DNA of 60,278 nucleotides, filler included, from Diploschistes diacapsis (Eukaryota), in assembly GCA_023645945.1 (NCBI GenBank). It is 5 parts of 5 records of this genome, joined end to end, with 100 filler letters (N's around TTAATTAATTAA, not from the genome) between each part and the next. Parts side by side here need not be neighbours in the genome. Positions count along the whole stretch, not along the records: positions 24,184 to 36,169 come from JALAIB010000777.1; positions 36,270 to 48,228 come from JALAIB010000778.1; 3 more parts are not named here. One strand, 5' to 3'. Both the position numbers and the translations under genes were made by a program. Position 1 is the stretch's first letter. Every line of letters begins with the position of its first letter. Below the pieces are notes generated by a model, which saw only the letters and a list, made by a program, of their open reading frames with translations, had not been told where the DNA came from and ran no database searches. This document shows, in pieces, positions 24,184 through 36,633 of this stretch.

Positions 24184-25249
24184 ATTTCGTCGAATTATTC
24201 TTAAAAAGGATCCGAAAAAGGACGAAGAAACGAAACGTTTTAAGGATATTATAAAAACGGAATTATTTTAACATCATTTATTTGAAGTTCCGGGGCTTGA
24301 AACTACTTTAAATAGATATTTTAAATAAATTAAATAAAATCCGATGTTGAATTATTATCCGTTTATTAACGATCTATATCTTAAGCTTAATGAAAACAAA
24401 AAGAAAAATAGATACCCGATCATTCATCCCGAGTATTTCAATAGTTTCTTATAGAAATGCCGGGCGCAGAATGGAACTATCCTTTAAAGATTTATTATGA
24501 TCAATATCTTTCATCCTTACTAGCTGTGCGACATCCTTGATTATAATACTGAAGGGCAATGGACCCTAGCGAAAGATGCCTGCTTGCCTTCCATTCAGAA
24601 AGATAAGATTAATATGCCCAAGCTAGATCTAGCGATGAGCTTTAAGCTGAGCTTACTTACCATGAATGAGGATAATGCGGACCCGATTCCTCCGGAACTT
24701 TCATCCTGTGCGCAACCTGACGGTGGGTTTCGGTGCTTTCCGTTCCTATTTATAGAGATTAAAAAGGCCGATATTAATTTAACCGATGTTGAACGTGATA
24801 ATTTATATAGCGCTAGTTAGGCATTATATAATATTTATCGTTGGATGCTGCGAGCGTTTAAAAAAAATGAATGTTTTGAACGGGTTCGCGTATTTTCCTT
24901 CGTTTTTAACGTGGAAAGATTTAGTATGCGGGTGTATCGAATTGATAAATCTGGTGAAACGAATGTTAGATTTCTTTTTATTGATTTATGCAGTCTGTTA
25001 CAATACATAAAAGATCAGGCATGTCGGCTTCTCGATTTATTTCTCGAAAATTATGTAATTAAAGAACTTTATCCAATTTTTAAAGCGACTTTCAAAAGTG
25101 TTGTTCAGCAGGAACAGGAGCGTTAAAAAAATAAGCGTAAAGGAAAAGGCCCTCGTGACATTATTACAAAAAGAGCTCGAACCTCGAGAACTAATAATGA
25201 ATATATAAGGCAATCTTTCTAAATGTTTTAATTAAACGCTTCTAGTTAA
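24184..25249 (+). pseudogene. RIP-inactivated PD-(D/E)xK nuclease-fold-like gene (DUF7924-like), 5' truncated by contig end
   Basis: One frame with TAA/TAG stops: ...CRAQNGTIL*RFIMINIFHPY*LCDILDYNTEGQW...MPKLDLAMSF...CFPFLFIEIKKAD...DNLYSAS*ALYNIYRWM...VRVFSFVFN. The PKxD...FPFLxxExK pattern resembles restriction-endonuclease-like domains. Confidence 0.55.
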
Positions 25250-25814
25250 TAATTAACGAATGAACAATATATAACAGAGCTTTGTGGAAAAATCCAGGTC
25301 GGCTTTTTGAGAATAAGTCTAGATTATGGATTTTTGGGATAAAGGATCGATGTTATGGCATTTTTTTTGTATTAGGGAATGATTAAGAGCTCTTGATGGG
25401 CGATGGCGTTCGCCGTATTATGAGTATTTTAACTTAGGCGTTCTGGTTAATTGGAAGTAGTTGGAGCTTCAACGAAATATAAAATGTCGTTATAATGCTT
25501 TTAAGGTGTCATACCGAGATAAAATAAAAGCGATATTAATCCTTTATATAAATTATAATTCCTTAGTTTTCGAGAATGCGACCCGAGAGATATTAAGCTC
25601 AAATCACAAGGATCATATTAGGAAATAAGGAAGTACTAAACTTTCAAATATTCTAAACGGGAGATCGGATAATGTCTTTTAATTATTATGAACTTTTAAT
25701 GAAAAATACGGTTTTTGCGTCTAATGTTGATCCCATTATAGTATTTTATACGGTGAGATGTCCAGCTTGGTAATATACTAATAAAACAATGAAGACGAGG
25801 TTGAGTATGATGGT

Positions 25815-26220
25815 TTGTTATAAGCGAGACGTTATTTCCTAGATTTACTTAACTAAGAGTATGGAGCGAAAATGACGAAATTATTTTAACAGGATGGCAT
25901 AAATGGCTATCCACGGCAAAATTCGAAAAGAATATAATACATATTGAATTATATGTAAACGAAGGATTAAGCGAGATACGGGTACTGGTTGAAGTAATAG
26001 ATTTCGTTAAAGAAGAGTTTGATATCATTATAAGATTAGAATTTCAATTCATAAGCATCCAATTCACTGATTTAGTGTATTAAATAAATACGGGTCCCAG
26101 TATTCAGACCGCCGATATTCTTCAATTTAAAAAGCTTTCCCACCGTAATAGATCCAATGGCTATATTACCGATACGGATCTTACAAGGTGATCCTACTGT
26201 TTTAAAACATAAGACAAGGG
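25815..26220 (+). pseudogene. RIP'd ghost ORF, unknown product
   Basis: Protein-like frame LFPRFT*LRVWSENDEIILTGWHKWLSTAKFEKNIIHIELYVNEGLSEIRVLVEVIDFVKEEF...; bounds approximate. Confidence 0.4.
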
Positions 26221-27769
26221 GAGTAAAGGAAAACCTACCGGCTAAAAAACATATATAATAAAAGAAATTGAAATTATACCGGCCTTAAACATATTAATTA
26301 TTACTTCCACGTTCTCGAAAACTAATTAAAAAAGATGAAAAATAAATTAATCTAATTGATTCTAAGTTTACGTGCGGAAATTAAAGTAGTTATCTTAAAA
26401 CTCGTATCTTACCGATACGTTAAGATCCGGCCGGTAATTTTAAAAATTATATCCTACCCCGTTGTCTGATGTTGTATTAAAAAGCAGTATTTCTTCCGGT
26501 CCTTTAATATTATTAAAATAGAATAATAAAAGACTATTCTAAAAAGCACGGACGCTAAATTTTGAATTATATCTTTCGTTTATTTACGTAATTTCTACAT
26601 ATACGAATATAACACGCGAAATTAAAAGAAGATTAAGCACTTACGTTAAAAAATAACGTCCGTTACTTGAGATAAAAGGTCTATCGGCGAAACATCCATT
26701 ACTTCTTTATCGATTTGGACAAAAGCTTCTAAAGTATAAGATATGTCGCTTAATTGCTTATTAAAAAATGCTTGTGCTAATTAATATAAATATATTGATT
26801 AAGCAATTATTGTATGGTTAGCTTCATCTATTCAGTAAATCGTCTCATATTTCTTAAAAGATATAAGACGTTCTTAATTTTCATACAAGCTTGAAGCAAG
26901 GGAATAGTATTTAACACTAGATATACCCTTGATAAGGCTATAACGGGGCCGTCTAGCGTAAGTTTCGTAGATGGATTAATTCATTTAAATGATAGGCCTT
27001 GGAATGGAATTTGTTTTATGCTTCGAGATTTAATAACGATAATAAGATATTGATTCTGTTATCGAAGCCTACGAAACTTCAGATTATTCAATCTCGTTCT
27101 ATAATCGTCCAATCAGACACATAATAGAAATAAGAACTTATAAAGTTTAGACGTCTATTGAAACGTAAATAATATCTTTCTTCTTTATACTAGAGGCGGT
27201 AGCCCCTAGCGTCTAGTATGCCAAATAAAGGGGTCTATGGAGGAACTTACGCCGTTTAATGATTCTTTTACCTCAACTAATCTTATTAATAATTAATATA
27301 TCAAAATCTAAGTTCGTACCGGGTCCAAAACTCGTTACCCTTCCTTCTTATAGAAATAATCAGCCTATTCAGGCCGAGATTCTAATCGGTTGCTTCATAG
27401 AAGCTGGAAGAAACTTCTTTTAAAAATAAAGCCGTGATTTAATCGAAAGGGGCTTCCCGTAAAATCAAAATCAAGTACCAGGCTGATATAAGAAAGAACT
27501 TTCCTTAGATTCCTTTCCGTTCAATTTCCTTAACGTCATTATTCTTTTTAATAACTTCTGATTATATTAACGTTATATATTCTTTTTTATATAATTGTTC
27601 CTTTATCGATATGTTTCTATGTCTAATGTTTATTAATTTTATCGTAGCGTTAATTCGTGTTGAAGAGATATCAATATAATAACCCAAATTTGTAAGAAAC
27701 GACAATAAAGGGTTATTAAATATAAATAACGATTATCAAACTTACATACCTCTTTCTTTCGAAGTATAA

Positions 27770-28860
27770 TGGTACGATATATGGAACATCGATAGCGATT
27801 TTACGCCTGTTTTATACTCCCCCGCCTCGTCTGAGATCGAAAATGCAGCAAAGTAGGCCTCTTTTATACCCGGAATCTTCTATGTAGATGATCAATTCTT
27901 CGACCTTTCGTTCCTTGAAGCGATTATATCCTTACACGGTAATAATGATTTTCTAAGTTTCATGAACGTCGATTTCTTAGAATACATTTCAGATTCTAAT
28001 TTACTAAAAATATATCAAGACGACGTTTTCGCAGCGTTAATAAATTTCGATTTCTCGGAAGACGTCGTTTTATTGGATGATCTAAATTCTGGTATCGATG
28101 AATTCGAGTCTGTATCTATATTGTCCGAGGATAATTTAATATCTAAACTTTAGAAACAAAACGTTGCTTCAATAAGTAATTCCGGTATAGCATCTCGATA
28201 TATACATTAATCTTTTATTTATTAAATGTTAGTCGAGTTAATTTTTACCGCTACCCGGAACTACGTGTCGAACATTAATAAATTATTTAATGTACCAATC
28301 GAGACCGAAGCCGTCGAAAAGCCTTTATAATTACCGAAGAACAAAACTTGCTCGAAAATAATCGAGAGCATCACGGAAAAGCTTAATAAAAAACGCGCGA
28401 GCGAGATAATAAAAATAAACGATTTCGGAGAAGAATAGATATACTCGGAAATCATTCCGTGTCTATAACACGGCGTTGAAATCATCGTGATTGAGGATTC
28501 TTTTAGTTTTAGGAATCACGAGTTTCTATCGATTAATCTTTCAGGCGCTAAAGCTTAAAATAATAATGTATCTTTTAAAAGAAAGCGAGAGACTATTCGC
28601 GAAATTTCTGAAATATTATTAATTTTTCGTACGATTCGGTTCAGACCGCAAAAGATTTCACGGCCCGGCTTCGTAAGTTGGGAAGAAATCGATAAACGAT
28701 TTTCAGAAGAGGAAGACGATATTATTCTAGATTGATATGTCGCTTCATCATTTATCGAGAATATCCGGAAATCATTTTAATCGTAGTCTAAGTATCCAGT
28801 TCTTAAAGAAAAGAATATAATAATTATTAAATAAAATAAGATGACGTTGAAGACGAATCT
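27770..28860 (+). pseudogene. RIP'd ghost ORF (about 360 codons, acidic N-terminus, basic motifs), unknown product
   Basis: Single frame including track ORF 27962-28153, continuing through ...FKRKRETIRE...SWEEIDKRFSEEEDDIILD with scattered stops; bounds approximate. Confidence 0.45.
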
Positions 28861-29633
28861 TGATACATTAATTTATCGACGTAAATAATATTGTGTGATT
28901 TTCTACTTAACCTTCGTTCTTTTCAGATAAGGCGGAATGTTCTTATTTCTTATACGTTAGTAGCTATAAGAAAACGAATCAGTTAAAATTTTAAAATTTT
29001 TATAAGACTGTGTGGCCTGTTTTATTAGCCTGTCCAGTAATCTATTTAATACAGTTTGGTAATTGTACGGTCTGGATCGTACAATATAGAGGTAAGGTAG
29101 CGTTATAAACGATGTCTGTCGCCATATTCGAGCTTGTAGGCCCGAGGCCTTAATCAGCCGTTTTAAGCGTCTGTATTGATGTCTTTTGCTGGCGCCGGCG
29201 CCACGATGCCCGTCCTTGTAGTCTTATAGCCCGTATCCCCTCGTTGTCCTTGCTCTGTTCTTGCTTTTCATCTAGTCGTAATCTTTTAGGCCGAGTCGAC
29301 GTCGTTTAAATCGCTGCTGTCGTCGTCGAGTACTGTAGTATCCGGAAGCGCAGCGGTTCTGGCGGGCGTCGTTATTATAGGCTGCAATTTATTAGTATAT
29401 ACAAACCAAAGGGGCAATGTACTTATTAATTGTATTCCCTATAAGATCATCGATCTCTTCTTAGATCTCGAAGCAGGCATTTTATAGATCGTGAATAATT
29501 AAGAAGCAAAAGTTCTTAGGAACAATGGCAAAGAACATTTTATTGATGCTGCGGGTATTAGGCTTAAAAAGATAAGTTTCCGCTTTGGTTCAAAAGTAAT
29601 GATCTTATCTAAATTATATTATACCGTAGAAAG

Positions 29634-30150
29634 GAATTGAGTAAGGGATTGAATCGGGTAAGGAATTTAACATCGTTTTTTTCTTACCGCGTAAGTATAG
29701 GAGGATAGGTCGAACAGGTGATCAAATCTTTTAAGAAAAATGAATTAAGTAGGGGATTAATTTGGGTAAGGAATCGAACATCGCTTTTTAATTACCGTGT
29801 AAGTATAGAAGGATAGGTCGATTAGATGATCAAATCCCTTAAGGGAAAGGAATTGAGTAGGGGATTGAATCGGGTAAGGAATCCAATATCGTTTTTTTCT
29901 TATCGCGTAAGTATAGGAGGATAGGTCGAACAGGTGATCAAATCCTTTAAGAGAAATGAATTGAGTAGGGGATTGAATCGGGTAAGGAATCGAACATCGC
30001 TTTTCGTTTACCGTATAAGTATAGGAATTATATCGTGTAGGGGATCGAATCGAGTAAGGAATTGAACATCGTTTTTTTATCGCTTTTTATTTACCGCGTA
30101 AGTATAGGGGCTTTATGTCGTGTAGGGGATCGAATCGAGTAAGGAATGGA
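29634..30150. repeat. Tandem repeat, 108-bp period (three full spacings plus two shortened units)
   Basis: Marker GGGAT(T/C) at 29645, 29753, 29861, 29969, 30041 and 30126. Confidence 0.9.
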
Positions 30151-32039
30151 ACGTTTTTAAGATTTGAATAGTTCTTACGAATAAAGTTCGTAAGAACTTA
30201 ATATTATAAATCATAATTAATCTCGAACCGTTAAGTTTAATCTTTATTGGATTAGCGGTGCTTATTAGAAGTTTGGCTGGAGAGTTTGATGGGTATCGCT
30301 TAAACATAGGACTATTCGAGAAATTAATGATTGATCATTTAGTAAAAGAATTTATTTAGTTCTCGAGATTTCTTTTAAGGATGTCAATTTTAATATATCA
30401 ATTTTCTATAAAGATGCTTCTGTGAATCTGTTAGAGCGTATTATTATGGACAGTTAGCGGTTGCGAGAATATACTTGTAACGGCGTATTACTGTACTCGA
30501 TAAAAGAAATAAACTTTTTCGTATTTTTATAAATCGACTTTTCTATTTTTTTCATTCAAAATCACATTTCCGCCTCTTACGAGCTTAACGAGCTATATAA
30601 ACGATTAAATTGGTTTAAATTTTTTGTTTTGTTTTCCGATATTTATGTTACGGTTTTTTTTAACGATAACAGCCAGTCCGAACGATATTTGCGTTTTAAT
30701 TACTTTACCGGAGTTTACGGCATCTAAACTACACATTACAAGATAGTCTTTGCCACCGCCAATTCGGTCTTGGCCACGTATCTATCAGTTTAGCACGTAT
30801 CTAGTGCGGAGGTTGCTCGGACTTGTTAATAGACTTTATTGGAGTTCTCGGCGACTCCTTTTATGCTATTGTTCTAGTCGACGGGATTAAAATAAAGATT
30901 GGAATCGCGGCTAAGTTTAGCTTGTCATAAGAAGAGAAGATATTGTAGGATTATTTATATTTTTTAAGAAGTTGAATTATGATATTCGGAAAACAGCCTA
31001 TTAATTAAATATAGGAAAGAGTATATGCTCTCTTGATGGTAATGGTCGCATTTTTTAACCTTTATGGTGCTATTCTTTAGTTAAGTCTTAGTATTGAAAG
31101 TTTCGATTTGAATCTTTTTATTCATTATAGTTCCTATAGTGGTTTATATATGGTATAAAGCGAGACGCCACAAGATTTGACTCGATTGTAAAAGGCTATA
31201 GAAGTTCTTTTATTGTAAAGCCTTTAACTCCTTTAAAAAACTGTTTACGCTTAAGAAGAGAATTGAATAAATAGATTATAAATTTACGGCGTTTTTGTGT
31301 TAAAATAAGTTGATATAATGGAAGGCTAGCGGGCGCTATCGGCTGTTTTGTTAAGGAAATTATTGTAGGCTTCAAGGAATTTTCTTTAGGGCTGGAAGTC
31401 TTCTCTCGGATCCGCATTGTTTAAGTAATCAGTACGAGTAGAGTAGATGGAATTTCTGAATTTTACTCGATTATTATTTTAAGAGTTGGCTGTAATTCTT
31501 TCTTTACGATCCGACAATGCACGATCAAATCGTTAGTAGATTGAACGCAGTTCTGTAAAACTGAAGTGATGATTGTATGAGACGAAAATTGAGATTAAGA
31601 AGCTCAAAGAGATGGAATTTAAAGGAGATGCTGGCTTCATAGCGATAGAGAGTATTTAGTTAATGTTCTAATCTTGTGTCCAGCCATCTTCTATCACGAA
31701 GCTTTTTCCGAAAAGTATATAGTATTACGGCCCAGTCTTGCGTATACTGTACTTCCATTTACAACATAGGCTTGAATTAGCAATCCTTGTTCGCAGTGGC
31801 TTTTCTTTTAGGAAGCTTTAGGCTCATCAGATACTGATTATTGGGACAAGGCGCATTCATAGATCAGATGTATCAAGCTAATGTTAAGGGCTTAATGGTT
31901 TAAAAAGCAGGAAATTCTTTGTAAAAGAATAACGACATAATGTACGAAAGGAAATTATCTAGTTAGAATCGCCGTAACTCATATTAAATCCGATAGTACT
32001 CTCTTAATCTAAATTAATCGATCTAAGTCCTAATATCTC

Positions 32040-33430
32040 TCCAAAGGCAATGCGCTTTGTGATTAATATTAGCTAAATGGATTTCATTTCTTTTAAGGCC
32101 GTGCGTTGTATCGCGATATGTCTGAAGTTTCGATTATAGTACATCTATTGCATCGTGTATTTGTTAAGTAAGATCGCTGATTCTGACTTTTATCTTATTA
32201 CTTGCTCGTGAAGCTTTTTTATTAATTAAGATTCTAAATCTCTTTTCGGATTTTCGACCGTCGTTAATAATTATTTTGCGAAATCGATTTTATTCCGCTC
32301 GAGTTATCTTGATCGATCTTTAATTTTATAATAATTCTTCGCCAGTAATTTAAATATTATGATACTTTCTTTTCTTAGCTTTACGTTCAATTCCGGGAAT
32401 AGGTATTTATCTAAAAGGAATTTGCTTCGACGATTCGGAAAAGCTTCTATTAAGTAACCTAAGTTTTCTTTTCGATGATTTTTCGAAAATAGTATTTATA
32501 TCGTCGTCGAGAACGATAAAACAATCTATTCTATTTAGCTTTACGTAGTTTAAATGATATGTACTTACCTTTCGATCCCCCGGTGTCGAAAAGCTTATTT
32601 TTAAAAACGACACGCTTTGGCGTAGATGGGGCTACAGTCTGCTCCTTAGTCTGCCTTTGTATCGGGGACTTGCTTTCAGTCTGATAAGCATCTTTAGGAG
32701 TTATCGACGACGGATTTATCGGTTCGGCCGGTTTGGCCGATTAAGACGTTATATTATTTAAATTCGATAGGCCTTTTAAGGGCTGATTTTTATGTTTTAT
32801 TTACTTATCGAGCATTCTTACGAGAAATAACGGAAGAAGAAGCTAATTAAACTATTCTACGGACGCGTCGACGGTAAATCTAAGTTTAAATTACGACTTA
32901 GACTTAATTAGCGCTAGATTTTCCTTTAACGCAGAAGTTCCGTCGGGTAATGATCCAAGAGGCTGCGAATCTTTGGTTTAAAGTTACTGTAGTTCTTTCT
33001 CTAGGGATTCAAGTGGTTGTTCTATGGGCATTTCGGAGAAGAACTCGGTTATCCCGTATAACGACTTAATTAGGCTGATTTCTGTCGCTTCCGTTACTGG
33101 AGCAATTTTGATTTCGAGTATATTGTTAGAGGGTTAGACTGACAGCGAAGATGGCCTTTATACGTTATCTCGTTTATTACTAACTTTCGTTCCGAATAAC
33201 GTGGATATCGAAAAGTCAGACGCAGAATAGGCGACCGTTTTAGCATTAATTAAAAAAGATATAGACGGATCTTGAGCTAGCATTTCGTCGAGCATCTTTT
33301 CTATTGCCGAAAAATCCTTAAACATCTTTTCTATCATCGAAAGATCCTACCCGTCGAGTTCGAATTCGGGTATCAGATTAAGGTCGGTAATAGCAGGATC
33401 CTGCTTCGAAAGATTTTCGGAAGTATTTAT
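32040..33430 (-). pseudogene. RIP'd ghost ORF (about 460 codons), unknown product
   Basis: Minus-strand protein-like reading ...NLSKQDPAITDLNLIPEFELDG*DLSMIEKMFKDFSAIEKMLDEMLAQDP... through track ORF 32407-32613 and ERKAKKRKYH; bounds approximate. Confidence 0.4.
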
Positions 33431-34032
33431 CGTATAAATAAAGGAGAAGACGACTGAAAGAAATAAAGGATGAAGGAAAAATAAATAGGATAAAGAAAAA
33501 GCAAAAATAGAAAAAGTGATACTAAAAGAATGAAGATAAGGGACGGGAGGGATCTTATTTATTTTAGAACATCCATGCTAGCGATGTATACGACCTCTCA
33601 ATTAACTAATCCTTAATCCGTTACCCTTGATGCTCGACGGCGTTATATCTCCGAAGCAGATTTATGGAAAATATCGAATTACTGGTTTGGCCTTTTGGCC
33701 GGTGCAAGCTAGGAGTTTCAATTAAATACAAGTAGGTGCCTTTCGCAAACGGATAAGTTCCTTCTGATATAGAAGACGAGCCTTCGGTTAAAGGAGTTAC
33801 TAAAGACGTTGCACGATTGAAAAAGAAGCTCGTTTAGTATTTAATTATTATAAGAAGGCGCTGCCGTTTTATTATCTTTGGATACTTTAATCGAATTATA
33901 TCTAATTGGCTCCTTTTAGATCAAAAGATAGCTTATAAAATCGTTCTCGTTTATCTTTTTATTATATCCGTACAACACGGCCACGCGGATAGTTTTTATA
34001 ATGCGAAAGTTTTACTAATTGTTTCTATAAAT

Positions 34033-34310
34033 TTATTTCGTGTGAAAAGGGTTTTGTCTAACCGCCATCCCGTACTTTCCTCGCGTGAAACTTGTCGCAT
34101 CTATTCGTATAGGTTTCGAAACGCCGGACAGTATTATTAAAAATTTAGGATTTACGCGGGGGGCGCCGCTGTCGTTACGAGCACAGAAGAGGACGGGGTT
34201 TTTAGAGTCGTTGTATCGGATGAGGAGGGGTTTATCGTCGATGAACTTGTAGATCATGAACCTGAGTTCCGCGGGAAGGTTGTTAAGGAAGTAAAAAGAT
34301 GCGCGATGTT
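34033..34310 (-). pseudogene. Gene fragment with fungal F-box-like LPxELRxxIY N-terminal motif
   Basis: Translation upstream of track ORF 34033-34257 gives SFYFLNNLPAELRFMIYKF. Confidence 0.45.
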
Positions 34311-34464
34311 CATTAAAAAGAACAGAACATGTATGTACAGAACGTGAACCCTTATAGCAACAGGTGTATGGATGCCTAGTGGCATCGCATCCGATCTCGT
34401 CACAAACGACATCGGCAGAGGCAAGAACAAGCGAACCTCCTAGCAGCTAGTAGAACTACTACAA

Positions 34465-35230
34465 GTAAATTCGAAAATAATAAACACGAAAACAATAAAT
34501 ACGAAGAAAAAAAATTAAAAATTATAGATTTAAAAGCAATAAATAAGAAAATAAGAGATTTATAAATAATAAATACGAAACCAATAAAGAATAAAAGAAT
34601 AAATTTAGAAATGATAATTCGAAAATAATAGATTTAAAAGCAAGAAATTTAAAGCAGTAAATTCGAATATAGTAAACACAAAAATAATAAATTCAAAAGC
34701 AATAAATGCGAAATTAATAAATAAGATAATAAATACGAAAGTAATAAATGTAGTAGTCCCTGGTGGATTGCTGGTGGCAAATGGTGCCGACCTCGCTGCC
34801 ATTAGGCGAGGGCTATGACGATGCCGCTTGGCATCTGCTGTGTATAATAGAGTTTGCTCCAGCTTAGCTACAAATCTGCACTCACTTCACACCCATTAAA
34901 TTTCACAGGCATATGCATGCCAATAAATTTCAAAATAATAAATTTGAAAGCAATAAATTGGGAAGCAGTAAATCAATAATAGATTCGAAAAGAATAAATT
35001 CGAAAGTAATAGATACGAAAGTAATAGACTAAAAGCAGTAAATTCGAAAATAATAGATTCGAAAGTAGTAGGCTTAAAAGCAGTAGGTTTGAAAGCAGTA
35101 GATTCGAAAGCAGTAAGTGCGAAAGCAGTAAATGCGAAAGCAGTAGATGAGAAAATAGTAAATTTAAAAACAGTAGATTCGAAAGCAGTAGATTCGAAAG
35201 TAGTAAATGCGAAAGAATAGGTGCGAAATT
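34465..35230. repeat. Degenerate 15-bp minisatellite (consensus GATTCGAAAGCAGTA) in two blocks (about 34465-34750 and 34920-35230)
   Basis: Near-perfect copies at 35080-35210; other copies progressively A/T-converted; interrupted by about 170 bp of GC-richer unique sequence. Confidence 0.85.
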
Positions 35231-35718
35231 AGTATGCAAAAGAGATGCCACGTAATAGTTCAGTTCAGTTCGGCCAATCAAACCCTTGACAAGATACTTT
35301 CGGAATTAATTTTTTTTATCTACGGTTTTTTCTGCGCCCATAAACATACTAATATGTAAATATAGTCCTGCGCTGCGCTTAGGAATGATCTCTATGTTGA
35401 AAGAATTACTTTACGAGTAATGATTATTGATCAGTATCATGCCTAAGAACGATAGAATATGTCCGCATAGGTAGAAGGCGTTTGGTGGCAATTAAGAATA
35501 TTACTGAGTTAATTAAGGAATATAAAGGGTTAAACGGGCTAACGATATCCATCAGAATCTTTAAACTTATTTCTGATGGGCATGCCCGCTAATCCAAAAA
35601 AGGCTAAACTTGCCTAATAGTACAGCTACGACAGCTTTTAATTTTTTATTTATATCTATTACTACTTTAATAATCTAAGATCGCTGTCGTAGTTTCAGCC
35701 TTAAGCTCTCAAACAGTA

Positions 35719-36100
35719 ATGGCTGAACAGGTAAACTTAGTATAAAAATACTGAAGCGAGTAACTAATGTAACAGCAGCGCGTACGTATCTTTTATACTC
35801 TCGAAAGAATTCCCGTGAAGGAACGACCCGCTCTTTATTAACAGATCTTAAATTGGTTCAATCGCCATCCACGAACAGCAGATACAAATACTTCAAACAT
35901 TCCAAAGTAAAAGAACATTGCGCAAAACATTACTTCCTCTTAAACCCTGACTGGCCCTATACGATACTTTATAGAAACATTATAGCCCAACGTTAGTCCA
36001 TTATCGATATTAATAAACGGCGTTTATAAAAGTTTATAAAACCTTATGGATTATAATATTACGTTTATCGAAAGAGATGTTAGTTACTTTATAATCGATT
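35719..36100 (+). pseudogene. RIP'd intron-containing ghost gene, unknown product
   Basis: ATGGCTGAACAG|GTAAAC...CTAAT...CAG then RVRIFYTLERIPVKERPALY*QILNWFNRHP. Confidence 0.35.
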
Positions 36101-36169
36101 TGTATCTTTAAGATACGCCGCGCAACCCGTTATTTAAAAGGACATTATAGATCTAATAATTTTTTATAT

Positions 36170-36269
36170 NNNNNNNNNNNNNNNNNNNNNNNNNNNNNNN
36201 NNNNNNNNNNNNNTTAATTAATTAANNNNNNNNNNNNNNNNNNNNNNNNNNNNNNNNNNNNNNNNNNNN
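36170..36269. other. Artificial 100-nt contig spacer
   Basis: N-run containing TTAATTAATTAA. Confidence 0.97.
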
Positions 36270-36446
36270 TCTATATAATTTTCCGTATAGAAGTAATTTG
36301 ATCAGTTTTTATTACTTTAATAGTTAATAATAGCCGTTTTTCTTATTAAATATTAATTGGCATAATGGTGGTTGAGATATATGAAATTGTAGGTTGAAAA
36401 CATGTAAAAGAGGAAGAGGTGGGCGGATGACTTGTGAAAGACGTTA

Positions 36447-36622
36447 TTCCACTAGTTAGCGATTAATATAAGTCAGTGACTCACTTGTATCTCTCATACA
36501 AAAATACATGTGATGGTATTTAATTGTCGCTCTCCACGTGATTATCACGTACCATCACATGTATTTTTGTATGAGAGGTACAAAGTGAGTTACTGACTTG
36601 TGTTAGTCACTGACTAGTGGAA
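36447..36622. mobile_element. Foldback MITE (176 bp, about 73-bp TIRs) with TA target duplication
   Basis: TTCCACTAG...CATACAAAAATACATGTGATGGTA (to 36519) is the inverted complement of TACCATCACATGTATTTTTGTATG...CTAGTGGAA (from 36550); TA at 36445-46 and 36623-24. Confidence 0.8.
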
Positions 36623-36633
36623 TACGTTACATA

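Larger units (their letters stand above)
24184..36169. mobile_element. AT-rich RIP-mutated block with multiple ghost genes (relic of a large repeated or mobile element)
   Basis: Whole contig is AT-rich with abundant TpA and retained CpG; long protein-like frames are broken mostly by TAA/TAG. No transposase, RT or recombinase recognised, so element class is unknown. Confidence 0.6.

Noticed and set aside
29634..30150. CRISPR-like array
   Set aside because: Whole units are repeated with no unique spacers; eukaryotic context and no cas genes.
34973..35281. LLLSH/LLLSN repeat protein
   Set aside because: Translation by-product of the 15-bp minisatellite.
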